Shown in pieces: positions 36,167-49,421 of a DNA stretch of 64,000 nt (its first letter is position 1; each line of letters starts with the position of its first letter). The position numbers and the translations under genes were made by a program. The stretch covers positions 205,158,001 through 205,222,000 of the forward strand of contig OX597814.1 in the NCBI GenBank assembly GCA_951406725.2. The letters are read 5' to 3'. The notes under the pieces are model-generated. The model was not told the origin of the DNA, made no database searches, and worked only from the letters and a program-made list of their open reading frames with translations. This DNA comes from Octopus vulgaris. Taxonomy: Eukaryota.

Positions 36167-38059
36167 TAATTATTTGCTATAATAGTTTGTGATGACAGTT
36201 GTAAGAATAACACAATGACACTGACAGAGTATGTCCATAGATACGAGATAAGTTTTAAGTATAAGTTGCTGTGATAAATCGTTATTGTTGATTGAGCAGT
36301 TTGATATAATTGATTGATTTCTTACAGATTACACACACACACATTTTCATAGTATATGTATTGGTCTGTCCATCAGACAGCTGCCTCTCTCTCTCTCTCA
36401 CATACACATACATATGCACACACACACACACATCTAAGGAACACCACAGAAAAAATCAACAACTATATGAAGCCACAAACAATGCAAGTAAAGCACAGTC
36501 TGATGGAGGTAGCTCAGCTGAAACTTCGAAATCACTATCAAACTTCTCAACTAAGAATTATTGAATAATCCAGTTTAATGCTAAATTGTGTTTTTTATAG
36601 ATAACCTGGCATAATAATATAGAATATTTATATATATATATAATGGGCACTCTACAGCATGTAGTCGACGAATACACACATATTCTAGGTATCCTTTTTT
36701 TCCTTATTTCTTTTTTCTTCATTCTTTCTTTCTCTACTTTGATAAAGGGTTCATCCAAAATGTTAGTTTGCTTCCTTTTCCATTTGTCAGCATACATTTC
36801 AAAATGCACAACTGTTTAACTTTTTTGATGTTTACCATCTTTTGAATTTCTGCAGACCTGTTGTAACCTCTCATATCCAATTATCTGTATCTTATTCCAT
36901 TTATGCTTTTTAATTCTCCCTCCCCCCCTCTCTCTCTCTCTCCCCATAGTGCCACATTAAAAGCATTGGTGCTGGTGCCACATAAAAAAAACACCAAGTA
37001 TATTTTGTAAAGTGGTTGGCATTAGGAAGGGCATCCAGCTATAAAGACCAGCTAAAAACAGACTATGGGACCTTTTGTGTCTCCTGATCTTGCCAACTCC
37101 TGTCAAGCTATCTGACCCATGCCAGCATGGAAAAAAGACGTTAAATGATGATGATGATGATGACGAAAATTTATATGCACATACTTGCAGGCAATTGGAA
37201 AGACAAAGTATATTTTACAGTGTCTTATTTCAAATTCAAGGGCACAGACAGACAGACAGAAAACAGAATGGATTACACGTGAAATGCATGACTGTATTTG
37301 CTTCTATATTTAATTTGTTCTCTAACATGTTTTAAACTTATATATAACATTTTATTAGGGTTATGGAAAGTGATGTTCACTTTTGGGAAAAGGACAGAAT
37401 TACCAGAAGCTCTTTGACTAAAAGCTACATGAGAGCTATCTATTATTGTTTTGTAAGTACTTATTTACTATAGTAGCAAGTAACTATCCTGCTGCTACAA
37501 GCAGACAAGATCAGGGATGCAAGAAGTGGACGTGGGGTGGAGACATATAGACGTTTTGAGAATCCCTAAGATGGAAAAGTTCTGTCATGCCTTAATAATT
37601 TCATTCCAGCTTTGAAGGGTAAATATTTCAAGAGTTATGTGTGCCTTGTGTGGTGAAGAAGGAAAGGGAGGCTGTTAGAATTGAGAAGGTTGTAAAGTAT
37701 CTGTGAAAATGTTTGTTGTCTCTTTTTCATAATACAAACATTCTCCTCTTTCGCCAGGAGATAATATAACTGAAGAAGATTCTATTGCAGGAACTGAGTT
37801 ACTTGTGATGTCTCTAATCCATTAGCTATTAATTCTATCATACTAATTAAAGTTGCAGTTTATTGCAGTTACTGTTATTGTTCAAGGTTTTTCCTGTAAT
37901 ATAGATTTCACTGACATCACCTTCATCCTTCACACCTTTCAAATATTGTTTCTAGGCAACAGTCACAAACAAAACATGTGTGAAACACTTAAGATTAATG
38001 TGATAAAAAAAAGATGATTTTGTCTGACTTTTGTTATGAATACAATTCCAAGGATGCGT

Positions 38060-38700
38060 AAGTGGCTCAAACTGCAATACGATGAGAGAGGAATACAAAG
38101 CAAGAGGAAGAATGTTTAATTATAAATCGTTAATATGGTTATTGATATTTATTTTTAACATAGCCACACAAAGCCACTCAGTTTTTGGGAGACTATTGGG
38201 GATTATATCAATGTCAATACTCTGAATTATTGTGGAGAATTTCATGGATAATGCATAAGTCAAAATATATAAATTGACAGAGGAAGAATTGTTTGTTAGC
38301 TTTCCATGTATGTAACATAGTTCAGGTTTATTTATATTCAGCAATGGTTAACATGTTGATAACTCTTCTAAAAAGAGAAAATAAATATTGCTGCAAATGA
38401 TGCCAGTGAAATCCCAATAATGTCGTCAACAGAACTGGTGAAATACCTTAATATTATTAACAGATTTCCCTGATCATGCCACGTCCACAGACACTTAGTT
38501 GTATAGTGTCTTCTAGTGATATATTAAGAAATTCTGAAATAACAGCTGAGGTACACTGTTGTAATCTAGTATACACAAATGATGAGAGCATCCATACACA
38601 GACCATCGAAGGGAGATGGATGCTTGCCAAAAAGAAATTCAAGCAAAAAGGTGAGACGCTTCATTTACTTGTGCATATGTGGTGACTGTTGTGTTTTCCT
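38060..38700 (+). mobile_element. decayed Merlin (IS1595/ISXO2-like) DDE transposase
   Basis: ordered motifs YKARGR, SVFG, VVNRTGEI, IVSSSD, SIHTQTIEGRWMLAKKKFK. Confidence 0.6.
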
Positions 38701-39809
38701 GTAAATGATATCTGTACTCTACATTGTTTTCATGTTAAATAAACACAATAAAATTATGCAATTTCAATGTCAGCATTTCTGGTTTCTGTTGCAATTTACT
38801 TTCACTATTTTTTTTAGAGAAAATTAAACGGCATGTTTGGACTTGATAATGGTTGTCCAAAAATTTACACTTTGATTGTAACCCAGGGGCCTGGTTGCAT
38901 TCCAGATGATTTGTTTTCTGGTGTGGAAGCTACCTGGATATTTATCTGTGATAGCCAACTCATCTTGGGTGGGTGGCTCTTCCAGACTGTCTGGAGATTT
39001 TTGACTATATGAGTAGGGAGTCCCATGGACATTGTAGACTGCTTCCTTCTCAGTGGGGAGGAAGGGAGAGAGAGAGAGATGGAAAAACAGGAGAATCGAT
39101 CCTCAGTACTTAGCTGATATTTCATATATTGACACTAAAGGGACAAAAAGCAAAACAATTGATGCTAGTGAGATTTGAACTCAGAGTACAGAGAGGTAGA
39201 GCAAATACTGTCAGACATTCTATCTGATGCTCTGACTTTCCTGTCAATTCATCAGATTTTGTTTTAGTTTGTTGCCTCACTGTTTGATAATCAAATTGGG
39301 ACATTAGCTTCACCTTGCAACCCCTAACTCTAGTAAAACAAATGTCAGTGATATCCAACTAAATCTATCCACAACAAAATTGATTCAGTTTAATCAAAGG
39401 AAATATTTTATTGTAAAAAAATTGTGCCTCCTTGAATATCAGGAATCTTTGATTGCATGCCAGAAGTCTAAATTGATATGATGTCACTAAAAGTTAATTT
39501 TGCATGAGATCATAGTTGATCTGAAGAGAGAAATATTAATTTGATGGTTTCATTCATTTGTAGTGAGGCTTCTGCTGACTTTCAAACTGTATCACTCCGA
39601 TTCGCTATTTAGGACAACAACCAATCTATATTGCCATAAATGGTAAAAGCCAGCTATGAGAAATTAATTGTGTTGCTATAAAAGACATTCGGGACCCAAG
39701 CAAACATGGTTTGACCAATTCGATTGGCTGATGTGTTACCAAATGGTGGAAGTGATAATATCTTTTGTGAAGTTTCCCTCATCAGTTTTGTGATAAGGTG
39801 TTCTCGTCT

Positions 39810-40070
39810 TAGTTAGTTAGTTAATTTGGCTCAAAAGCAAATAGCAAGGCCATGAAGGGGGGGCATGGAGTTAAGTACAGGGTGGTGTTCATGTAAAGAG
39901 TTCAGGCCACTTGAGGTCAAGGGAGGCTTTGAACAAAGCGGTCGTCGGCATCTTCACCATCTCGTCTGGCAGCTTGTTCCACGGATCCACAACCCGGACG
40001 GAGAAAGCTCCTCTCCTTCGATTGAGATGAAATCGTCGCAGGTAGAGCTTTTCGGAATGACCCCGCAGTC
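39810..40070 (-). mobile_element. CR1-clade LINE 3' end
   Basis: LRGHSEKLYLRRFHLNRRRGAFSVRVVDPWNKLPDEMV..FKASLD, no stops; (CTAA)n tail. Confidence 0.9.
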
Positions 40071-40384
40071 TACTTATTCTGTCTTTAATAAGTATGAATA
40101 ATTTTCATATTACTAAAATATTTTATGCCATGAAAATTTTTAACAGTTATATTCATTATTTCACATATGATGCATTTATGTAAATGCTCCAGGAGATAAA
40201 AAAATATAGAGACTTACACTTAAATAAAAAATATAGAAACTTACACTAGTATCAGTGTGGTCATTCTTGCTTTCACACACAATCTACCCAATATTGTGTG
40301 CTACCAATGACAAATTATTGACTTATATCAATATGGATAATTCCCCCACTAAACGATCAGCTGGCATAATGGTGCTGTAGCCTG

Positions 40385-40703
40385 GCCCTCCATTGGTTAC
40401 AATTACAAGGGTTCCAGTTGATCCGATCAATGGAACAGCCTGCACATGAAATTAATGTGCAACTGGCTGAGCACTCCACAGACATGTGTTCTCTTAATAT
40501 AGTTCTCAAAGAGACACAGTGTGGCACAGAGTGTGACAAGGCTGGCCCTTTGAATTACATGTGCAACTCATTTTTGCCCATTGAAGGGACTGGAGCAATG
40601 AGAAATAAAGTGTCTTGCTCAAGGACACAACATGCCGCTGGGAATTGAACTCATGACCTTATGACAGTGAGCCAAATCTCCGGCCACAAAGCTAAGCATC
40701 TTC
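40385..40703 (-). mobile_element. SINE, head E + tail X
   Basis: head with gtgtccttgagcaagacact..ggcaaaaatgagt; tail homologous to 7963-8150. Confidence 0.8.
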
Positions 40704-41668
40704 ACTTGATATCATAGAAAAAGAAACATTATAACATTCACCAAACACAACATTTAATGAGTCATACAAACTGTTTCAAACCTTTCTCTATCATTAATAT
40801 AACACATACTGGAAGTAAAAGTGGATGTTTGTGGTAATTAATGTTAAGAACCTCTTCCTGAGAAAATATTTAAGAACTGAAGAAAAAATAACAATCCAAG
40901 ATGTAAAATATTTTGCTTTAGGTGAATAGGTTAAAACAGAGGGCTATTTATATTCCACTCTTTCAATTCTCTCCGCATTCTTTACAATGTAGCTGTGTTT
41001 ATTTCAGGTGCAGAATGGGTAGACAGACAGTCCTTTTGCCTTTTTCAGAATAGCAGACTGCTAATGTCATTTGACGTTCCTTGCCTGTTGCTACTACTCT
41101 GCTAGGTATTAGTTGCAGTTATTCCTCAGTAATAATGTTAGGTGAACATCTTGAAGAAATGTTAATGCTACATAAAATACGTTATTTCAGTTAACTTTGT
41201 GGCTGACATGAGTTGATATAATAACTTCTTCGTTTTTTTATTTTTATTTTTCCAGATTCCAAGATTCAACAGAATAATTATTTGACTGTTCATAACGGAT
41301 TGTTCTTTCTTGAAATTTGAGAAAAGAATTTAAGAAAATCATAACTGGCTCCTGCAGGAAATAATCTAAATATATTTTATCCAAACCTACCAGGAAAATG
41401 TGAAGAGAAAGTTTGTTAATTAAATGTGGTGGCATTTTGAAAATCTGTTAATTACACTAGCAGTCAGGAGAGAAAACTTATGTCTGTAGCTACTGCTAGG
41501 AAGAATGTGCCAGAACATCCATTCACCTACCAATATTTTGATTAAAAAATCAATTTGCCCCAAGGAAAAGCATTTCTAAACATTATTGAATTACAAAACT
41601 AGAAAACACCAATAGCTTATCTCCATTTTTCTTTTCTTTTTTCTTTCTCTTTTTAGTTTTCAGGAGTA

Positions 41669-42272
41669 TATATAAGTTTTAAAGATGGTGGGTATATATA
41701 AGTTTTAAAGATGGTGGGTATATATAAGTTTTAAAGATGGTGGGTATATATAAGTTTTAAAGATGGTGGGTATTAAAGATGGTGGGTATTAAAGATGGTG
41801 GGTATATATAAGTTTTAAAGATGGTGGGTATATATAAGTTTTAAAGATGGTGGGTATATATAAGTTTTAAAGATGGTGGGTATTAAAGATGGTGGGTATA
41901 TATAAGTTTTAAAGATGGTGGGTATTAAAGATGGTGGGTATATATAAGTTTTAAAGATGGTGGGTATTAAAGATGGTGGGTATATATAAGTTTTAAAGAT
42001 GGTGGGTATTAAAGATGGTGGGTATATATAAGTTTTAAAGATGGTGGGTATATATAAGTTTTAAAGATGGTGGGTATTAAAGATGGTGGGTATATATAAG
42101 TTTTAAAGATGGTGGGTATATATAAGTTTTAAAGATGGTGGGTATTAAAGATGGTGGGTATATATAAGTTTTAAAGATGGTGGGTATTAAAGATGGTGGG
42201 TATATATATAAGTTTTAAAGATGGTGGGTATTAAAGATGGTGGGTATATATAAGTTTTAAAGATGGTGGGTA
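41669..42272. repeat. two-unit minisatellite (26-bp and 16-bp units, 27 units)
   Basis: L=tatataagttttaaagatggtgggta, S=ttaaagatggtgggta; order LLLLSSLLLSLSLSLSLLSLLSLSL'SL (L' has one extra TA). Confidence 0.97.
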
Positions 42273-42929
42273 TGTCTGGGTATTCCATGGAGACTTTTAA
42301 TCATTGAGTTTAATTTCTTAGCACAAAACATATTTCTTCAAAGGATACCAGATAAACCACATATATCTGGGTACATCTCAATAAGCAACAACTCCCTTCT
42401 TGCATGGGCCATGATACCACAAAACCTGTTTTGAAAATGACTTAACAGATCCTATCAGGTGGTACTATTAAGTTAGACATGCCCAGGGGCCATTCTTTGG
42501 CTGAAACATATCTAAGTTATTTATCAGTTATTATTAAAGCTAGTTTTATATATTTCCATGTTAATTGTCATTGAAATGGTGTTCAAACATCAGAGAATAG
42601 ATCCAGTAAAGACTTAATCTGAAAAATCTTGAAACTGGAATACTCAATGTAACATCCATTTTAGTAAGTTCAATGTGTATTGATTACTGATTGAATATGT
42701 AAGATAGAAGAGGCATGAATGCGTGGTTTAGAAGTTTGCTTTATAAACATGTAATTCCAACTTCAATCCCATCAGTGCTAAGTTAAGTAAAATTTAGCAG
42801 ATGGAAACTGTGTGGACACCTGCTGCCTGGATAGTTTTTGCTCAGTAATTAATTATAATTAACCATAAATGAGAATAATGAGAATCATTTATAATAATGT
42901 AGTTGTCTGTTGTGGAAGCTGGAGGAACA

Positions 42930-44540
42930 ATTTTGAAGTCTGTTTTAAGAAACTCCAAGAACAGGAATTAAAGCAAAAAAATCTCTGTAGATTATTGAGA
43001 TTTGTGTTACAAAGTAATACAATGAAATTTGGGCAAAGATTGTACCACCAGACGAGGGGTTGTGCCATGGGTACTTCCATGGCAATTAATTTCGCTAATG
43101 TCTTCATGACGAAATTTGAGACACAACTACTGAAGACATTCAAATCCCTTCATGGTCATGAACCAATACTTTGGTTACGGTTCATTGATGATGTCTTGTC
43201 TGGGATGAATCACAAGATAGTTTAATTAAATTCTTGCATTTCTGTGACTGTTATGCTAAAAATTAAGGCTTTAAGTCCAACATAATATTTAGGTCTAGTT
43301 TTTCAAAAACTAGCATTGATTATTTGGACACAAAAGTTAAGTTATTTGGAGGCAGAATGGTAACAGAGTTACTTTGCAAGCCCACGTCATCCCACATTTA
43401 TCTCCACCACTGCTCCAATTATCCACATCATCTTATTCGATCAAATCCGAAATCCCAATTTTTGAGGATAAAACGGATTTGTACTGACATAGGGGATTAC
43501 TGGAAACATGCAAATGCTTTTGTACATCATTATGTTAAACGCAGTTACAGTGAATCATGATTAAAGGAAATAGCAAATAACATAGCTAAGATTAGCAAAG
43601 AAAGTTAAACCTTCATGCATAATTTTAGCAAACACAATACAATTGATGACAGAATTCCTTTAGTGATTAACTGGCACCAAAATTTTGCTGGCATGTCAAA
43701 AGTGTTGCATGAAAGTCACCAGCATGTAGCGAAAAAATATCCACATTTCAAATTTGACATTTCCTCGGCTGCCTATTGTAGCCTTTAGACGGAATAAGAA
43801 TATAAGAGAATTATTGACCTCTATTTCTGACTCCAAGAAAATGAACATTGGAGTATCTGCATGCTGTACCTTGAAAAACGGCCGCAAGAGAGGTAAGCCC
43901 TGTTCATTGCGCAACAACATGAGTCAAGTCAGGAATCATAAAAGAAATCTTATGATTTATACAGAAGGTGGGAAATGTAGAGATTCCCATTTGGTGTACG
44001 TGGCAGAATGCACAAAACACAACTTAATTTATGTTGGCTGCACAACGGAACAATAAAACAAAAAACTTAATGGGCACAGATATGACATCAGGCACAATAA
44101 CAGTAGTTGGACAGAACTTGCTGAACATTTTGCATCAAATGGCTGCAATTTTGAAGAAGACTTGAAAGTGCATATTCTCAGAAAATATTCTGAATCTGCT
44201 TCACTTTCACTTCTCAAAATGCATGAGGAGAAATATGTTTGTGGGTTATTAACACCACACTCTGGAGGAGTGAATGAAATGACAGGCGAATATCAAATTT
44301 ATACAAAACAGTTTGATTAAATAGTCATTTTTCTTTTCTTTTCTCTTTTTTTCTGTCTTTTTCTTTTTGCCTGTTATAAAATTGGTCATTCCATCAACAT
44401 GTGGAAGCTGGTTTCTCTTGTTTATACTTTAAATTTCTAAAATTTTGAATTTTTATCACTTCTTATTTTGAACTTGACAAAGACAGATTTACTGACAAAA
44501 TATTGTTCAACCAATAAAATACCTATTACAATCAGATTGC
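42930..44540 (+). mobile_element. 5'-truncated Penelope-like retroelement (Neptune-type): RT plus GIY-YIG endonuclease, pseudogenised
   Basis: YHQTRGCAMGTSMAINFANVFM..WLRFIDD; LDTKV..KPTSSHIYLH..SQFLRIKRIC; CRDSHLVYVAECTKHNLIYVGCT..GHRYDI..AEHF..HSGGVN; stops and frameshifts. Confidence 0.92.
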
Positions 44541-44629
44541 ACTCTTTGTCTTGACTGTTTACCTTTGTGAAGAGTTACATCAATCCTTTTAAAATATTAT
44601 CATTATTATTATTATTATTATTATTATTA

Positions 44630-45030
44630 AAATGGTGAACTGGCTGAATCGTCAATGTGTTGGAGCTTTCAGCTTTTTATATTCTGAGTTCAAATTTTAC
44701 CGAGGTCAATAAAATAAGTACCAGTTTAGCACTGAGGGGGTCAATGTAATTAACTTCCCCACCTTTCAAAATTGCTGGCCTTGTGCTAAAATAAGAAAGG
44801 ATCATTATTATAATTATTACACTGGTGAGCCAATAAAAACATTAGGGCCTCTGGCAAAAATGCCTTGTAGTATTTTCTCCAGCTTTATGCAGTTTCAGTT
44901 CAAATCCTACCACGGTCAACTTCGCATTTCTTCTCATCAGAGTCAGTAAAATAAAGTACCAGTCATATACTAGGGTAATGGTGGATATAGTCAACTATCA
45001 TTTTCTTGTGTGTCTTTGTTACAAACAATT
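44630..45030 (+). mobile_element. two decayed tandem SINE B copies
   Basis: ggtgaactggc..gagttcaaat..aataagtaccag seen twice, after (tta)n. Confidence 0.65.
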
Positions 45031-46199
45031 CTATGAGAAATTTTGAAGGTGGAGAGAGCATAAAGAAAACCTCAAAATGGCTTAAAATTTTGACTGACCA
45101 AGACACCAAAGGAACCTCTACTTAATCTCTCAAGGTACTAAATACCCTCAAAACAGCATCCAACCATCTTAAATAATGAAAGGAAACAGAAAATGTAAGC
45201 TAAGACACATTCTAAACAAAAAACGGGATGGTCATGGCTGGATAATCTTTGATAATAGACCTGGCTGGTCTACGATTTAACTGTAACAACAAAGGACACA
45301 TTAAGTAATGTAGTCTTGGATACATTATGTCTGAATAAGAAAAAAACAACAAAACAAAACACAACATGGTCAAGCGAAGGTGGAAGAAGATTCCATTTGG
45401 GTCTCAGGAAGTGGGAATCCTTGCAAAATTAAAGGGAGTGTTGAATTTAAAAAAAATTGTTTTTGGGAAGGAGCCCAGCAGATTATCAGTGGGTTCTTCC
45501 TTTGCTCTCAGGGCCTTGGACTAATGTACCAACTGAACCCCACCCTCTCTGTGGGCTCTGGTCACAACTAGCATATCTTTGATCATCGGTCTGCTCAATC
45601 AGGACTGACAGAGAATAAACAATAACAATGACGGCAGATTGAAAAATCAATGTGAAGAATATTGATATAAGTTCTTACATATTTTTACAGTAAACAAGTA
45701 TTTTTCAGTCGGAGAAAACAGGGTCAACCAATTGCAGAACTAAGTGTATAAATATATGAAATAAAACTGTAAACAAGATAAAGCAGAACCAGATTATTTC
45801 TGCCAATGGCACCTCACACCTAGAATAGAAAGGTTATCATAAATGGATCCTTCACATTTTTTATCCAGCTTCTATCAAAACGTGCTGTTTCGCTCTCATT
45901 TCCCCAGCTGACCCTTTAGTACTTAAAAAAGATAAAAGTGTTAGGGGTTCTTCTGTAGGTAGTTATAGAATCTATGAGGTAAAAGACAAGTAGAGCTACC
46001 CACCTCCCACCCTTAGCTTTCTATGACATTCCACTCACGTGAGGAATGCTGTAGCAGGGGCCTTCAACCACCTATACTTCAGCAGCCCTTTTCATGGAAT
46101 GTGTTTGACAAACAGTCCCCACCTCAAGTTTTTGAAAAAGAAACAAAAAGAGAGAGAGAGAAATAAAGTTAATTCAAAACACCAGATTATTTTATCAAA

Positions 46200-46572
46200 C
46201 ATCATCATCATCATCGTTTAACGTCTGTTCTCCATGCTAGCATGGGCTGGATGGTTCGACTGGGATCAGGGAAGCCAGAAGGCTGCACCAGGCTCCAGTC
46301 TGATCTGGCAGTGTTTCTTCAGCTGGATGCTCTTCCTAATGCCAACCACTCCGAGAGTGTAGTGGGTGCTTTTTATGTGCCAGGTGAGGCTGGCAATGGC
46401 CACGATCGGATTGGTGCTTTTTACATGCCACCGGCATGGAAGCCAGTCAAGGCAGCGCTGGCATCGGCCACGTTCGGATGGTGCTTTTTATGTGCCACCG
46501 GCACAGGGATCACAGCTACAATTTCCATTGATTTTTGATGTTGATGTACTTGACTCAATAGCTTTCTTCAAG
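46200..46572 (-). mobile_element. RTE 3' UTR fragment (family A)
   Basis: family A motifs with three sub-repeats. Confidence 0.8.
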
Positions 46573-47214
46573 CACAGGGTTGAAATGGTGTTTCTTTACC
46601 TGCCACCTGCACAAGCTAATTTTATACAGTGGTTTGTTATTGATATTTTCATAGTGTATCCCTTCCAGTAGGTGGCTCTTTTTAGATGAATTTTTATGAA
46701 AATTGCAAAAGAAAGTGAGGATTATAAAATGAAATGGTATTAGATCTCGATGTAGCATTGGTCATGTTTTCTGTTCACTGATAACACAATGTCTCTTGAT
46801 GTAATAAATTGTAGATGTATCAAAGAAAGTTGATGATGGCAGAGTTGGGAAGGGGTCAGAATCCCAAGAAGGAGTGGATATGGTTAAAATGATATCTTTA
46901 TTTTAAATTGTGTGTCGTACAAGATGTCTTCTGCAGTCATTGTATTTAACTTCATACTGGTCAGTCAATGAGGTAGCAACAGACGTGATTGTTCCACCTG
47001 CTAGAAATAATAATCAAATTTTCCTCAAATCACAGCAATCTTATTTGTTCTAGATGCTAAGTATGAATGTTTTTGGTATGTCTGTTCAATTAGAGCTAAC
47101 CTGAACAAACTACCATCATCATAACACTAACAACAACAGCAACAAAACTCTGAAATCCAACCATCCCTTTAACCAGGCAACAAGAATGAATGAAGAAATG
47201 TCAGGCTAATGAAG

Positions 47215-47440
47215 GTGCATTGACATAGTTGTTCAACCAGCTAGAAATAGCTGCCAAATCTTCCTCATGCCGTACTCTACCACCTTAGAAAGGGAGGAGA
47301 GCACATTGACTAATGTAGTCTTAGATAACTATAACTGCAAATAAGATTTAAAAATATATATGGCTATGGTTAAAATATTTTTGATCATAGGACTGATGAA
47401 TCAGGACTGACCTTGGGCTAAACAACAAGAACAGTAACAA
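47215..47440 (+). repeat. unclassified dispersed repeat family F (ends in (CAA)n)
   Basis: gctagaaatagctgccaaatc..tttgatcatagg..tgaccttgggctaaacaac; related pieces near 12430, 17780, 24250, 28130, 45130, 46975, 48640, 51380, 52520. Confidence 0.65.
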
Positions 47441-47446
47441 TGACAG

Positions 47447-48489
47447 TGTAGCGGACACTTGAGGGAAATTCCTCTCCTCTCTATTATACATACATACATA
47501 CGAACATAGTAGATAACAGCTAGCTTTTGGCCGCATTTTGGACCCTTGTGTCCACTACTCTGATTGGTTGGTATTGGTGCAATTTTGTCTCTTGGTCTAT
47601 CGCATGCCAATATGCAACCCAACCAATTGCAGCCTTCAAATAAGGTCATGTGTGACAGCCTGTTTTATGCCCAACTTTGAGCCTACAATTTCTTATAAAC
47701 CTTCAGTTTTTCATCGTCTCGTCTTTGGTTCCAGACCTTTTAAGGTCTAGCTACTGACCACACAAGACACAGCCAGTTACAGCAACAGCACCCATCCAAC
47801 AGCATAAGGCAATCTCTTTCTTTGTCCCCATCATCATCTTCTTGACGTTGTCAACATCATCTCTCTACGTACACAGCAACTTGCAACTCGCCCAGGTTTC
47901 AATATAGCACTGTTTGTGAATTACTTCACTATGGATCAACAGCAAATATACAACCTGCGGGAACTCCTGTACCAAGTGACCCAAGCAGCAGCATTACAAC
48001 CACAACTTCATGTATGACATGTACCACAACCGGCTCTGCATCATTGCCACAACTTCTTGGATACAGTATTTCAACTATCATGTACAATTGACTACGAACT
48101 AGTATTTCTCATTCTTGTGTCTATGAACATTCTTCTAACTTCTAATTATAGACACTTTCACTGTCTTCTTCATTATTATAGACGGTGCCCCAGCATGGCC
48201 ACAGCTCATAAGCTGAAACTGGAAAAATCAAAATCAAAATCAAAATCAATACATCCATGCCTATACACACACACACACACTTTGTTCTCATGACAGCCTG
48301 GCTATTGTTCTGTATACATGATGCACACACAATCACACATGTTAACATATCAATAAATCTTCTCTCTTAAACATTCTACTCGGTTGTGTCTCTCTTTTCC
48401 CTCTGGCACATATACGCATTATTCTGTTTATATTTATTGTATCGACCGTGTGATGTACTAAGGATCCATTCTCGTCACCTCGCTTCACA
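47447..48489 (+). mobile_element. possible LTR followed by a PBS-like TGG
   Basis: TGTAGCG...CGCTTCACA termini, CCAAT/ATTGG boxes, TATAAA, AATAAA near 48352, then tggtc. Confidence 0.35.
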
Positions 48490-49137
48490 TGGTCATTACA
48501 ACAGCAACAACAACAATTACAGCAGTAGAGTAATTCATTACCCCTGTTGTGAGATTCGATCCCTGCACTCTCAGTTCCCAGTTAATTGAATACTTCTTCA
48601 CTGAGCTGATCTTACTTTTCTTACTCTGGTTGCCTAGTTGTTGTTGTTGTTATTTAGCCCTAGGTCAGCTCTGATCCTGCAGACATGATCAGAGACATTT
48701 TAGCCTGACCATCTTGATTTTGTCTTCAGACTTAGTTTCTCTCAGATCACTTATTTAATAGACAATGGGATATGATTTGAGGGAGATTTAGTTGCTATTT
48801 TGAGTGGGTTGAATGAGCACATTGAGGCAGCTTAATTGGTTTGAGGTCCCCCCCCCTGCCATGGCATTTATTTGGTTGCCTAGTTACAAGGAAAGATGGA
48901 TTTCAGTGTTTTATCTCGGGTACTGTGCACTAGCCTGGCTGGTTAGAGTTACAGTACCTTATTTGGCAACTAAATTAGGATGATTATGAACTTTGGCCTC
49001 AGCCTGGTTTCAGTTTCTCAAGTAAGGTGTCACCAAACACTTAAGCAGCTAATTATTTTGGAATGACCTAAGAAATGACATTAGTTTTGGTTGTTATGTC
49101 ACAAATGTAAGTGAAATGTATAGCAATGTCTGTAACA

Positions 49138-49187
<50 letters not shown>

Positions 49188-49374
49188 GCACGCGTCTGGT
49201 AGTGTTGTTTGGTAAGAAAGTGATTTCTGGTACCTTAACAGCCAATGAATAAAAACAAAAGTAACTGCAAAATGTAGTTCTGGTTGGTATATAAAGGGAA
49301 TTTAGGGATGGTGGGGAAAGAAACTGCAAGCAGAAATAAAGAGAATAGAATTGATAGATAATAGGGGAAAAAAG

Positions 49375-49421
<47 letters not shown>

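Noticed and set aside
41625-41663. Strong plus-strand splice-acceptor-like pyrimidine tract
   Set aside because: Followed directly by the stop-containing minisatellite; no plus-strand gene evident
41669-42272. CRISPR or true telomere interpretation of the tandem array
   Set aside because: No unique spacers; the unit is not TTAGGG and the array is interstitial
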